The position numbers were made by a program, and so were the translations under genes. From positions 1 to 60,594 of the IMG/VR virus record IMGVR_UViG_3300042549_005527: DNA of 60,594 bases; one strand, written 5' to 3'. Origin of the DNA: a virus (taxonomy: Duplodnaviria > Caudoviricetes). Numbering within the stretch: the first letter of the stretch is position 1; each line of letters begins with the position of its first letter. Below the pieces are notes generated by a model that worked only from the letters and a program-made list of their open reading frames with translations, ran no database searches and was not told the origin of the DNA. Positions 45,731 to 55,758 of this stretch are shown here, one piece after another.

Positions 45731-47132
45731 GCAATATAAATTGATATATTCCAATTGGGTGCAAGCCGGTGGCAGATCAGTGCCAGTGGCCAACGGTATG
45801 CATACTGCGGTAAATGAGTGGATCAAGGTATTGTCACATACCGGTAATCTGCAGGTGCAAGGACAATATGATAGAATTTCACAAATAGAAAGTCAGTTTC
45901 AGATTCCTAATTCTGGAATTATTTTTAAACATTCAAATTTTTACTACTACTTTAAGAAATGCTATCCGCTTGAAAATATAATCAGCGAAGATGATATTGA
46001 AGACAATGACAATTGTGTTTACATATATCCTATCGAAATTGAAGGAGCCAATGTTGATCATGTGTACACCGGATTCAACTTTGAATTGAATGGAAATGAT
46101 TATGCATACCATTTTTCAAATACTATATCTGATAAACTAAGAACACATCTTAAAACTGGCAAAGTTAAAATAGTATTTTCACAGTTAACAGAACCTTCTT
46201 ATAGTGAAGTAACATTGAAAAACACCGAGGACTATTTGAGGAAACTAGGAATTCCAGGTAGTAGTATTGGATTCTTGTTTGGTAATGTAAGAAATGACTT
46301 TCATGAAAAAAATCTAGGAACAGCACGTCAGGGTACTGCACATGCTACACTGCATCAACAGGTAGACATTGGTTGTAGATACCCTATGGACATGTCGTCG
46401 TTGGGATATCGATGCGACTATGTTCGCGAGTCTGACTTGAACCCAACCTTAATTAGACCAAAAAAGTTTTTGTCTTGGAACAGAACAATGAACCGAGCAC
46501 ATAGAATGGCTCTGTGTCATGTTGCAATCAAATACAATTTACTAGCTGATGGCATCTTTAGTTTTTTACACAGTATTCCTATACATGATCCTGTGTCAGA
46601 AGTAAAAACATTGGTAAGCGGCACCGATCAAGAAATTGCTGACATTATCAAAACTATCGAGTCCATGCTGCCGTACGAAGTCGATACACAAAATCTTACC
46701 CCTGATGGAAAAATGGGTTTTCAAACCAATGAAAACAACAAAAAAGAAATATATGCAGACACATATCTGCACATCACTTCTGAAACACAGTTTGATTCTG
46801 TATCAAGTCCGTTCTTGTCAGAAAAAACATTTAGGCCCATATTGAATCTACAACCTTTTATCTATCTAGGAAATTACAAAGCCTTGGAAGAAATACGCAG
46901 GTTGGGATTCAAAACATTTCATCCTTATATAGACGAAAGTTATGATCAAGAACTGCAACCTGTTAGACGATTTGAATTGATAGAAAAACAAATTAAACGA
47001 TTTGCAGATATGGATATACAAGAATTGCACGATTGGTATTATTCTGTTGTGGATATTTTGATACATAACCAGCGGCACTTCTTGAGTCTGATCAATTATA
47101 ATCCTCTTGAGGATTTCTTAAACACATTATAA
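45723..47132 (+). CDS. Putative glycosyltransferase (GT10-like C-terminus), paralogue 3
   Basis: WNR...AHR, SET...LSEKTFRP..NLQPF...LGFKTF..IDESYD. Confidence 0.55.
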   Translation: MSKQYKLIYSNWVQAGGRSVPVANGMHTAVNEWIKVLSHTGNLQVQGQYDRISQIESQFQIPNSGIIFKHSNFYYYFKKCYPLENIISEDDIEDNDNCVYIYPIEIEGANVDHVYTGFNFELNGNDYAYHFSNTISDKLRTHLKTGKVKIVFSQLTEPSYSEVTLKNTEDYLRKLGIPGSSIGFLFGNVRNDFHEKNLGTARQGTAHATLHQQVDIGCRYPMDMSSLGYRCDYVRESDLNPTLIRPKKFLSWNRTMNRAHRMALCHVAIKYNLLADGIFSFLHSIPIHDPVSEVKTLVSGTDQEIADIIKTIESMLPYEVDTQNLTPDGKMGFQTNENNKKEIYADTYLHITSETQFDSVSSPFLSEKTFRPILNLQPFIYLGNYKALEEIRRLGFKTFHPYIDESYDQELQPVRRFELIEKQIKRFADMDIQELHDWYYSVVDILIHNQRHFLSLINYNPLEDFLNTL

Positions 47133-47135
47133 ATT

Positions 47136-48110
47136 ATGCAAATCAAAAACAAAACAATTATTGTAACTGGAGCCAGTGGGCTAGTTGGTGTACCTGCTGT
47201 TCGCAAATGCGTTGAGCAAGGTGCAGCAACTGTATACGCTGTTGATATTAGAATGGGTGACGAATTGGTTGCCTTGGCAAATCAACACAGCAATATCAAA
47301 TTGGTTCAAATGGATTTGACTTACCTACACCATTGTGAAAGTTTGTTTGCAAACAACAAAATTGACATTGTGTTGCACATTGCAGGAATCAAAGGATCTC
47401 CTTCTCGCACTGCATCGTGTCCTGCAGATTACATGTTTCCTATGAGTATGTTTAACATGAACATGATTCAAACTTCTTACAAAGCAAATGTAGAATGGTT
47501 TGTGTACCTGTCCTCTGTTGGTGTGTATGCTCCTGCAGACATAATGGAAGAAGACAGTGTATGGAGCACTGCACCCAGCAAAAACGATTGGCACCCGGGT
47601 TGGACCAAGCGAATGGGAGAACTGGCACTGGATGCCATGCGTATTCAACACGGTTGGAAAAACTGGACCATTATTCGTCCTAGCAACATCTATGGATGCA
47701 ATGATAATTTTTCCAAAGATGCCACAGTGGTCGCTGCCAATGTCTGGAAATTGTTTAACACCACTGGCGACATGATCTGTTGGGGTGATGGATCTGCTCG
47801 TAGAGATTTTGTGTTTGGTGACGATGTTGCACAAGCAAGTATTGATGTGGTAGAGAAAGAAATCAATGACACCATTAACTTTGGATGCGGAACAGCAGTT
47901 TCAATCAAAGACACTATTGAAACAATTGTGGAAGTGTACAAGGATCTAACAGGCAACAGTAAAAATCTGGTATGGGATACTTCAAAACCCAACGGAGACA
48001 TGTTGCGATGCTTGAGTGCAGAAAGACAAACCAAGTACGGAATATTACCACAGACGTCACTAAAAGACGGACTTACTCAAACTATCAAAGCATTGAAAGA
48101 AAGACAATGA
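47136..48110 (+). CDS. NAD-dependent epimerase/reductase (GDP-fucose synthase-like)
   Basis: TGASGLVG, RPSNIYG..DNF, WGDGSA.RDF. Confidence 0.85.
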   Translation: MQIKNKTIIVTGASGLVGVPAVRKCVEQGAATVYAVDIRMGDELVALANQHSNIKLVQMDLTYLHHCESLFANNKIDIVLHIAGIKGSPSRTASCPADYMFPMSMFNMNMIQTSYKANVEWFVYLSSVGVYAPADIMEEDSVWSTAPSKNDWHPGWTKRMGELALDAMRIQHGWKNWTIIRPSNIYGCNDNFSKDATVVAANVWKLFNTTGDMICWGDGSARRDFVFGDDVAQASIDVVEKEINDTINFGCGTAVSIKDTIETIVEVYKDLTGNSKNLVWDTSKPNGDMLRCLSAERQTKYGILPQTSLKDGLTQTIKALKERQ

Positions 48111-48823
48111 TAGATTACGATCAATATCATCACGATGGTTATGTGCATCTACGTATAGAAGATCTGTTGCACTCGGCTGAAGATATAGAACAATTTAACA
48201 AATTGGCAGATGCTGCTCAAGCAATGCCAATTGACAATCATCATTATCAATACATACTCTCAGTCATGGGATTTCACAATGATCCAGAATGGCCGTTCAA
48301 AACATCAGTAGATTTACGAGATCAAAAGTTAGAAAAAATAAAGCAATTGAATTTGTTAGACACTCAACGATGGTATGAATCCAGCAGCGGAGCAGACAAT
48401 CTCAAGCAACAGTTTCAAACTGTTGTCAAAAAATTCATAAGAAACTTCTATCCTGAAATTGGTGAAAATTTTTCAAACCTTCACGCACAGGATGCAATAT
48501 CAGTATATATCAATGGCGATCACACACAGCCGCATAGGGATGGTCAAAACCCGGGCAGATTGTGTGCATTGTTGATGTATCTAACACCTGAAACACAATA
48601 CAACAATGGTGCCGGAGAATTGGTAATCAATCGCGACGAATCCACCGATGTCGTAATGAAAGTAAAACCTGTGCGTGGCAACGTTGTCATGTTGGATTTT
48701 ACCAAACACAACCCATTTCATGCAGTTAATCCAGTCACAAACAATTTTGTTAGACATTGTTACATATCTTTTATATGGAACACTGATCATATGACTGCTA
48801 ACACAAAACCAAAAGGATACTAA
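48107..48823 (+). CDS. 2OG-Fe(II) oxygenase
   Basis: HxD in PHRDG, YL....G.GEL, distal H in FHAV.PV...R. Confidence 0.8.
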   Translation: MIDYDQYHHDGYVHLRIEDLLHSAEDIEQFNKLADAAQAMPIDNHHYQYILSVMGFHNDPEWPFKTSVDLRDQKLEKIKQLNLLDTQRWYESSSGADNLKQQFQTVVKKFIRNFYPEIGENFSNLHAQDAISVYINGDHTQPHRDGQNPGRLCALLMYLTPETQYNNGAGELVINRDESTDVVMKVKPVRGNVVMLDFTKHNPFHAVNPVTNNFVRHCYISFIWNTDHMTANTKPKGY

Positions 48824-49788
48824 TGAAAAACAAAACAATTTTAATCACAGGCGGCTCGGGCCTAGTTGGACAAAACTTGACCAACAAACTGGTAGAAGAT
48901 GGATATACAAATATTCGTGTGCATTTGCATTCTCGTCAACCGCGAATCAAACATGACACTGTTGAATATGTCAGTGGTAATTTAACAGACTATGCTGATT
49001 GTCTTGCAGTTACTAAAAACGTTGACATTGTTATTCATGCTGCTGCCAGCACCAGCAATGCGGTAGACACTGTGCAAGATCCATTGGCACACGTTACTCC
49101 CAACGTGGCTATGAATAATTTTTTAATTGACAGTGCATATCGCAACAAGGTCAGCAAGTATATTTTTATCAGCAGCAACACAGTGTATCCTCCCAAAGGC
49201 GATGTACCAGTGGCAGAAACAGACTTCTTGTACGACGAACCATATCCTGTTTACTTTCCAGTAGGATGGATGAAAAGATATGCAGAAGTACAATGCGAGT
49301 TGTATGCCAAATATCTGCCCAACCCAATGACCACTGTGGTTATTCGTCCTGCCAATCTATTTGGTCCTCATGACAAGTACGACTTTGCCAAGTGTCACGT
49401 AACACCTGCAACTATTCGCAAAGTAGCCGACAATCTAAATCCTATCCCAGTGTGGGGAGATGGTACAGAATTGCGAGATCTATTGTACATTGATGACTTC
49501 GTTGAAGCACTACAATTGGTAATTGAAAAACAAGAAACATACGATGTGTTTAACATAGGTTGCAACAATGTGTATTCTGTGAACGATGTGTTGTTCACAA
49601 TGAAGCAACTGGTAGACAACAACAATCCTATTGAGTATGTAACTGGAAAGCCTAGCATGATCCCTACACGTAAGATTGATTCTACAAAGATTGAACGTGT
49701 GCTAGGATGGACTGCTAAAACACCATTGCATATTGGTTTGAAGAAGGCCTACGATTGGTATCTGGCAAACAAAGAAGAATTCAAATGA
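48823..49788 (+). CDS. NAD-dependent epimerase/reductase (GDP-fucose synthase-like)
   Basis: TGGSGLVG, RPANLFGP.D, HV.PA.IRK, WGDG...RD.LYIDD. Confidence 0.85.
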   Translation: MKNKTILITGGSGLVGQNLTNKLVEDGYTNIRVHLHSRQPRIKHDTVEYVSGNLTDYADCLAVTKNVDIVIHAAASTSNAVDTVQDPLAHVTPNVAMNNFLIDSAYRNKVSKYIFISSNTVYPPKGDVPVAETDFLYDEPYPVYFPVGWMKRYAEVQCELYAKYLPNPMTTVVIRPANLFGPHDKYDFAKCHVTPATIRKVADNLNPIPVWGDGTELRDLLYIDDFVEALQLVIEKQETYDVFNIGCNNVYSVNDVLFTMKQLVDNNNPIEYVTGKPSMIPTRKIDSTKIERVLGWTAKTPLHIGLKKAYDWYLANKEEFK

Positions 49789-50720
49789 AAGTTTTAATCA
49801 CCGGCGGTGCTGGCTATTTAGGGTCTACTCTGGCTGAACATTTGTTAACCAATGGTCACACAGTGACAGTGTTGGACAACATCATGTACAAACAACTGTC
49901 ACTGTTGCATTTGTTCAAACGAGAAGGATTTAAATTCATCTACGGAGATGTTAGAGATACTTCACTGTTGTTGGATGCAGTCAAACGGCATGATGTTATT
50001 ATTCCGTTGGCTGCTATTGTGGGCATGCCTGCTTGCAAAGCAAATCCACAATTGGCCGAAGATGTAAACTACAAGCAAATCAGAAATATTGTTAGTGTGA
50101 TTAGGGACAACCAACAGCTAATTCTGCCAAACACCAACAGTCAGTATGGATCATCGGACAGCATCATTACAGAAGAAAGTGCATTTAATCCGCTGTCGCT
50201 TTATGCAAAAACCAAATGCGATGCAGAGGATGCAGTGTTGCACAACAAAAAAGGTGTGGTGCTTAGACTTGCAACTGTGTTTGGTGTGAGTCCACGAATG
50301 CGTCAAGACCTGTTGGTAAATGATTTTGTGTACAAAGCAATGGTAGACGGATACTTGGTGTTGTTTGAAGCACATTTCAAACGTAACTACATACATGTGC
50401 AGGATATTGCTCGTACATTTGAATTCATAATGAACAATTACGACGGTTGTAAAGGGCAAGCATACAATGTGGGTCTCAGCACTGCCAATTTAAGCAAGTT
50501 AGAACTAGCTGAAAAGATAAAACAGCATATTCCTAACCTTGTGATCAAACAAGACGAATTTAGCAAAGATTTTGACAAAAGAAATTACACAGTATCTAAT
50601 GAAAAAATAGAAAAATTAGGCTGGCAACCGTTGTATGATTTAGATTACGGGATCAAACAATTGATAGATGCGTATCAAATCATTATAACTAACAACAACA
50701 GGAGTTTTACAAATCTATGA
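49785..50720 (+). CDS. NAD-dependent epimerase/dehydratase
   Basis: TGGAGYLG, LAAIVG.PAC, YxxxK (YAKTK), RLATVFG.SPRMR.DLLVN. Confidence 0.88.
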   Translation: MKVLITGGAGYLGSTLAEHLLTNGHTVTVLDNIMYKQLSLLHLFKREGFKFIYGDVRDTSLLLDAVKRHDVIIPLAAIVGMPACKANPQLAEDVNYKQIRNIVSVIRDNQQLILPNTNSQYGSSDSIITEESAFNPLSLYAKTKCDAEDAVLHNKKGVVLRLATVFGVSPRMRQDLLVNDFVYKAMVDGYLVLFEAHFKRNYIHVQDIARTFEFIMNNYDGCKGQAYNVGLSTANLSKLELAEKIKQHIPNLVIKQDEFSKDFDKRNYTVSNEKIEKLGWQPLYDLDYGIKQLIDAYQIIITNNNRSFTNL

Positions 50721-51148
50721 AACAAAGAAAATATCTACCAACACTGGGTGATCTAATTGATCGATTGAGCATTGTGCAACTAAAGGAAGTGTTTATTTCC
50801 GAACACAAGGATGCATACTCAAAGGAAATTGAAGAGATTGTACACGATATACAGATGATACTGGATGACACTAGAGGCCAGATTGATGCTGACACCATCC
50901 GTGCAATTGTTGTGGTATCACAGATGAATTTGCATATCTGGCACAATGAGTCCAACTTCCGACGTGGTGTTAAAGAAGGCAATCTGGAGTTGACACACGG
51001 ACTGAACGGAATTCGAAACACTGCAAAAAACAAGATACAAGAACTTGTGGGTGGAAGAAAAGATTACAAAGTAGATTGTCTAGCTGCTGATTTTAAAACC
51101 TGGGAAATCAGCTGGAGTTCACAAAACCCCGACGACAAAACAACATGA
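50717..51148 (+). CDS. Helical hypothetical protein
   Basis: LGDLIDRLSI..LK, N..IWH.E...R, LNG.R...KNKI. Confidence 0.65.
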   Translation: MKQRKYLPTLGDLIDRLSIVQLKEVFISEHKDAYSKEIEEIVHDIQMILDDTRGQIDADTIRAIVVVSQMNLHIWHNESNFRRGVKEGNLELTHGLNGIRNTAKNKIQELVGGRKDYKVDCLAADFKTWEISWSSQNPDDKTT

Positions 51149-52083
51149 AGTTTGATACCAACAAAAGTGTAAAAGGCATGGTGTTTGCCGGCTGTTCGTT
51201 CACATGGGGACAGGGACTGTGGTACTACAGTTTTTCTGAAAGCCTTGATCAAACAATTGACGAAAATTTTGGTTACCATCCTAGATTGTACACACGGGCA
51301 CATTTTGCATTCAAAGATGCAAGTAGATATCCACGGCTGGTGGCCAATCACTTTGACACATACGAAATAGTTCGGCCCAGCAACGGTGGCAGCAACGATG
51401 GTATGATCAAGTATTGGAATCAATGTTTCGAAGCTGATCAGTGTCCGCAAGAGTCACTATATGTGCCGTCAGCTGCATATGATTACACCGACAGACGATA
51501 CGACAATCAACCACCGTCGGAAGTTCGGCAACAGAATCCTTTATGGTTTGACGAAGTAACCAAGCTGAATTACGAAGATGTATCGCATTTGATTTTTCAA
51601 GTTACTGCATGGCCTAGAACCTTAACTTCTGTACAACATGATGGCCGGACCATACCAATGCCAATTAGGTTGACCTGGGACAAGGATAGGCCTTACAATC
51701 AAGTGTTGCTGAAACAATTAGAAGACAACAATACAACACTTGGGGAACTGCATCAAAAACAAATGTTGGATGTTGCAAATTCTATAAAAGAGTTTTTGCA
51801 AAAATGTGAAAGCAACGGAATCAAAACTCTAATTATGCCATGGCCCGAAGACATGTACGATATCATAAAAGACGATGTATGGATGGCAGACAGATTGATT
51901 TCTTTGGATCACAACGGAAACACTTTTTCCAGCATAGAAAAACTAATGTTGTCTGATAACAGTTTGGTTATTTTAAAAGATCATGAAAATTTTGAAGTAC
52001 CTCCAATAGATGGTCATCCATCGTTACTGTGTCATCGCGTTATGGCAGATGCTGTAATTAAAAAAATAAATCAAAGCAGATGA
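51145..52083 (+). CDS. SGNH-like protein
   Basis: FAGCSFTWGQG, NGGSN, DGHPS. Confidence 0.65.
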   Translation: MKFDTNKSVKGMVFAGCSFTWGQGLWYYSFSESLDQTIDENFGYHPRLYTRAHFAFKDASRYPRLVANHFDTYEIVRPSNGGSNDGMIKYWNQCFEADQCPQESLYVPSAAYDYTDRRYDNQPPSEVRQQNPLWFDEVTKLNYEDVSHLIFQVTAWPRTLTSVQHDGRTIPMPIRLTWDKDRPYNQVLLKQLEDNNTTLGELHQKQMLDVANSIKEFLQKCESNGIKTLIMPWPEDMYDIIKDDVWMADRLISLDHNGNTFSSIEKLMLSDNSLVILKDHENFEVPPIDGHPSLLCHRVMADAVIKKINQSR

Positions 52084-52778
52084 AAAATATTTTAATATTA
52101 GGAGACACATGGGGAATTACTCCCAGTCATATGTGGACTATAGATAAATCTGTTTCACAATGGTTTGAATTTCAGTTGATGAAAAAAGGACATGCAGTTT
52201 CTAACAGAGCATGGGGTGGCAACAGCAACAACTACCAACTGACCCAAGCCGAAGTGTATCTTGATGCCACAGCAGGCACGCCTCAGCAGGTAGATTTGAT
52301 CATTTGGTTTCATAGCGAACTGGTTAGAGATTTTATCAAAGATGAAACTGACCAGTTCGCTGCAATTGGATATGATGCAGTGCTAGAAATTACAGCAGAA
52401 CGCATGTACAACTGGGCAAGTCAAATCAAACAGACTCACCCAACAGTGCAATGGGCCATAATGGGCGGCCATGCACCATTGCACGATTCAAAGAAACACC
52501 TGTTGGATTGGGCAGACTTTAGAATAGACAACTTACGTGCTCGCATAGCAGGACAGGATATTCCTGCCAGCCATGCATTTGAATTCTTGGAAAGAGGCAA
52601 AGGAAGTTTGTGGGATTGGCCAGGCATTTCAGACAGTATTATTCAGAGAGAACTGGTAATAAAAGAACAAATTACAGCAGCAACAACAGACACCACAAAA
52701 TTTTACAATCAAAAGCATCCTGCACTGGAGCCGATGAAGTTGCTTGCACACGAAATAATGGAACATTTTAAAATTTAA
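52080..52778 (+). CDS. SGNH-like protein
   Basis: ILGDTWG, N.A.GG.SN, HP. Confidence 0.55.
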   Translation: MKNILILGDTWGITPSHMWTIDKSVSQWFEFQLMKKGHAVSNRAWGGNSNNYQLTQAEVYLDATAGTPQQVDLIIWFHSELVRDFIKDETDQFAAIGYDAVLEITAERMYNWASQIKQTHPTVQWAIMGGHAPLHDSKKHLLDWADFRIDNLRARIAGQDIPASHAFEFLERGKGSLWDWPGISDSIIQRELVIKEQITAATTDTTKFYNQKHPALEPMKLLAHEIMEHFKI

Positions 52779-52780
52779 TT

Positions 52781-53647
52781 ATGAAAAGTAAACAAAATGC
52801 AAAAGTAACCAAAGGAATTGTATTTGCCGGCTGTTCATTCACATGGGGACAGGGACTTTATTATTACAGCAATCTTGATTCTTTACAAGAACCGCCGCCG
52901 GATCAATACAATCCAGAATTTGTTAGAGATTCCCATATCAAATTTATGGAAACCGTTAGATATCCTCGACTGGTCGCTAATCATTTTGGAACCTATGAAT
53001 TTGTGCATCCACGCAACGGGGGCAGTAACCATGGCGCAGTTGCTTACTGGCGCAGTTGCTTTACCAACAAAGACAAAGATGCCAAAGTGTATAATGATCC
53101 AATCAAACCATTGGAGTACAATGAAATCTCGCACCTGGTGTTTCAGTTAACACAGTGGCAACGAGACAACTTCATCATGGAAATTGATGGAGAAAAACAC
53201 GATATTCCGTACCACTGTATCGGACAATCTCAGTACAAGAATAAGTTTTTCAAATGGTTGGATGCTCAAGGTGTATCCATGGACACATGGACAGAGTCTT
53301 ACATACAAAGAGGGCTGGATGATGTTAAGGCATTGTTGCAGGAATGCGAGGCCAACGGAATTAAAACAACAATTTTTACATGGCCTTCAGAATATCTAAG
53401 ATTCATAGAAAAAGACGCATGGTTAAAAGAACGTTTACTGTCATTTGAATACAAGAATACCGCCTACAGAAGTATTGAAGATTTGATGTGTCCTGGTGCT
53501 ATGCAGAACAAAGGATACAATCCTGAACTCACAGTCAAATGGGATGAAACGGAATTTGAAGTAACACCCAAAGATCACCATCCATCTGTGTCGTGCCATC
53601 AAGTAATGGCTGATAATATTATTAAAAGAATTCAAGGAACCTTATAA
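52781..53647 (+). CDS. SGNH-like protein, paralogue of 51145-52083
   Basis: FAGCSFTWGQG, NGGSN, DHHPS. Confidence 0.65.
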   Translation: MKSKQNAKVTKGIVFAGCSFTWGQGLYYYSNLDSLQEPPPDQYNPEFVRDSHIKFMETVRYPRLVANHFGTYEFVHPRNGGSNHGAVAYWRSCFTNKDKDAKVYNDPIKPLEYNEISHLVFQLTQWQRDNFIMEIDGEKHDIPYHCIGQSQYKNKFFKWLDAQGVSMDTWTESYIQRGLDDVKALLQECEANGIKTTIFTWPSEYLRFIEKDAWLKERLLSFEYKNTAYRSIEDLMCPGAMQNKGYNPELTVKWDETEFEVTPKDHHPSVSCHQVMADNIIKRIQGTL

Positions 53648-54186
53648 TGAGTGCTGCTCCCCTATCTCCCTACAAAGACGAGTTGACCAAGTCCATGACA
53701 TGGTTGGCACAACAAGACAATGTTGTTTTTATTGGACAGCAGATTGTGTATGCTGGCAATCCAATGAGCACCACATTGTCTGGTGTATCAAAAGATCTAA
53801 TGATTGAAGTGCCAGTGATGGAAGAAACACAAATGGGCATGACTTTGGGGTTGGCCATGGCTGGCAAGACTGTGATAACATTCTATCCTAGGTGGGATTT
53901 TATTGTGTTGGCAGTGAATCAGTTGGTAAATCACATTGACAAATATCAATTGATGACAGGAAAGACTGCTAACATATTTGTTCGATTGGGCAAAGGATCT
54001 GACAAGCCATTGGATCCTGGACACCAGCACAAAGGCAACTACCTGGAAGAGTTTAAATCAATGTGTCCGAACATTACCTTCTGGGATTGCAAAAACAAGG
54101 ATGACATATTTGAAAACTATGTATCTGCATACAAGCAAGGTGGTGTTCATGTGTTAGTTGAATACCCGGAATTGTACTTTGCATGA
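53647..54186 (+). CDS. TPP enzyme E1-beta/transketolase pyrimidine-binding domain only
   Basis: E.PV.E..QMG...GLAM.G, R.DF...A.NQL.N, G.QH. Confidence 0.8.
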   Translation: MSAAPLSPYKDELTKSMTWLAQQDNVVFIGQQIVYAGNPMSTTLSGVSKDLMIEVPVMEETQMGMTLGLAMAGKTVITFYPRWDFIVLAVNQLVNHIDKYQLMTGKTANIFVRLGKGSDKPLDPGHQHKGNYLEEFKSMCPNITFWDCKNKDDIFENYVSAYKQGGVHVLVEYPELYFA

Positions 54187-54740
54187 TACAACAAGTCAAC
54201 GCCGATGCATTCAGCAGTGGCCAGATTGGCAGTAAGATTTGGCTCTGTGAAGAATTAGAACGGCTGTTTGATTCTGTAGATAAAATTTGGATCTACGGTG
54301 GCTGGTACGGCATGAGTGCATTCCTGTTACAGAGTAGGGGCAATATGCGTATAGGACAAATACGCAGTTACGATGTTGATCCAGAGTGTGAAGCAGTTGC
54401 TGACATGATCAATGAAAATTGGGTTATTGACAATTGGAAGTTTAAAGCCAAGACACAGGATTGCAATGCATTAGACCTAGATTGGAATGGCCCAGATCTA
54501 GTTATAAATACAAGCACCGAGCATTTCGAATGTTTGGACTGGTGGAACAGTATCCCAAAAGGAACCGCTGTAGCACTTCAAGGCAACAATATGCCGCACG
54601 AAGATCACCACATACACAGCAGTAGCTTAGATGAGTTTGTACAAACTTATCCGGTTAGTACCCTACTGTTCAACGGCCAAAAAGATTTTGAATATCCCAA
54701 CTGGAAATTTAGTAGATTTATGCTAATTGGCATAAAATAA
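54183..54740 (+). CDS. Class I SAM-dependent methyltransferase-like protein
   Basis: SK.WL, YGGWYG, SYD.D, INTSTEH. Confidence 0.65.
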   Translation: MIQQVNADAFSSGQIGSKIWLCEELERLFDSVDKIWIYGGWYGMSAFLLQSRGNMRIGQIRSYDVDPECEAVADMINENWVIDNWKFKAKTQDCNALDLDWNGPDLVINTSTEHFECLDWWNSIPKGTAVALQGNNMPHEDHHIHSSSLDEFVQTYPVSTLLFNGQKDFEYPNWKFSRFMLIGIK

Positions 54741-54749
54741 CCAGAATAT

Positions 54750-54778
54750 TTGACTTTTGCCGTTGTTTTTGTTAAACT
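54750..54778 (+). promoter_or_regulatory. Sigma70-type promoter
   Basis: TTGACT-N17-TAAACT with AGGAGG RBS downstream. Confidence 0.6.
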
Positions 54779-54829
54779 AGTGTGCTATTGCATAACTATT
54801 TTACCAACTAACAAAGAAGGAGGTCAATT

Positions 54830-55408
54830 ATGACTGAAATTGTGCTAGATAGGAAAGACTCTACATCAGAGTTGTCACCTATGATAATCAAAGGAGTTAA
54901 CTTTTTGTTGATGATTTTGGCATTGACACTGGCAGTGTCCTTGTTGAAATGGACAGTGACTGACAAACTGGAAAAGTTTGAATCAGTGGAAGGTTCTCAA
55001 ATTACAACCAAAGTAAGAGAAAGGCAACTGGCCTGTCTTGCAAAGAATATCTACTACGAAGCAGGCAATCAACCATTTGAAGGCAAGGTTGCTGTTGCAC
55101 AAGTAACATTAAACAGAACAGAAAGTGGATTATACCCTGCGGATATCTGCCAAACAATTTACCAAAAGAACATCGTGTATGAAAAGGTATTGTGTCAGTT
55201 CAGTTGGGTGTGTGATCGCACTGTGCTTGCTAGATCTGTAAACAACACAACCTACAACGAAAGCATGGAAGTGGCCAAAAAAGTTCTATTAGAAGGATTC
55301 AGATTGCCTAGTCTAACTGAAGCCATGTACTTTCACGGTGACTACATCAATCCGGGCTGGAAACGCCAAAAGATTACCAAAATTGGCAATCATATTTTTT
55401 ACAAATAA
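54830..55408 (+). CDS. Cell wall hydrolase, SleB/Hydrolase_2 family, N-terminally anchored
   Basis: CLAKNIYYEA, GK.AVAQV..NR, CQFSW, KIGNHIFY; N-terminal TM helix. Confidence 0.9.
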   Translation: MTEIVLDRKDSTSELSPMIIKGVNFLLMILALTLAVSLLKWTVTDKLEKFESVEGSQITTKVRERQLACLAKNIYYEAGNQPFEGKVAVAQVTLNRTESGLYPADICQTIYQKNIVYEKVLCQFSWVCDRTVLARSVNNTTYNESMEVAKKVLLEGFRLPSLTEAMYFHGDYINPGWKRQKITKIGNHIFYK

Positions 55409-55417
55409 GGAAACATT

Positions 55418-55750
55418 ATGAAAATTTTTAACTTGGTATTTGGTTCGATGGCAAATGTGTTTGTGGGAATATTTGAATTTGCAAAAACTCATTTGGGACA
55501 TGTTAGTGCTCACACACTGGGATGGATCACTATTGTGCTTATGCACTTTGCAAGCATTCCTACACTGGTTGCAGTACTGATGGCGCAAGGAGATAAATTG
55601 CCTCCTGTGGATCTGATGATTTTTGTATGGGCGGCACTTACTACGCTGTTCTTCAAAAGTCTCATTGAAAAGAACTTTTTGTACATCGCTACCATTTGCA
55701 TGGGATTTTTGGCACAAACAGTATTGATGGGATTGATTCTATTTAAATAA
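55418..55750 (+). CDS. Multi-TM membrane protein
   Basis: About three hydrophobic helices; follows the hydrolase. Confidence 0.65.
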   Translation: MKIFNLVFGSMANVFVGIFEFAKTHLGHVSAHTLGWITIVLMHFASIPTLVAVLMAQGDKLPPVDLMIFVWAALTTLFFKSLIEKNFLYIATICMGFLAQTVLMGLILFK

Positions 55751-55758
55751 ATAGAAGT

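Noticed and set aside
43726-54186. Pyruvate dehydrogenase auxiliary metabolic genes
   Set aside because: Subunits are truncated, E2/E3 are absent and the context is sugar-nucleotide enzymes
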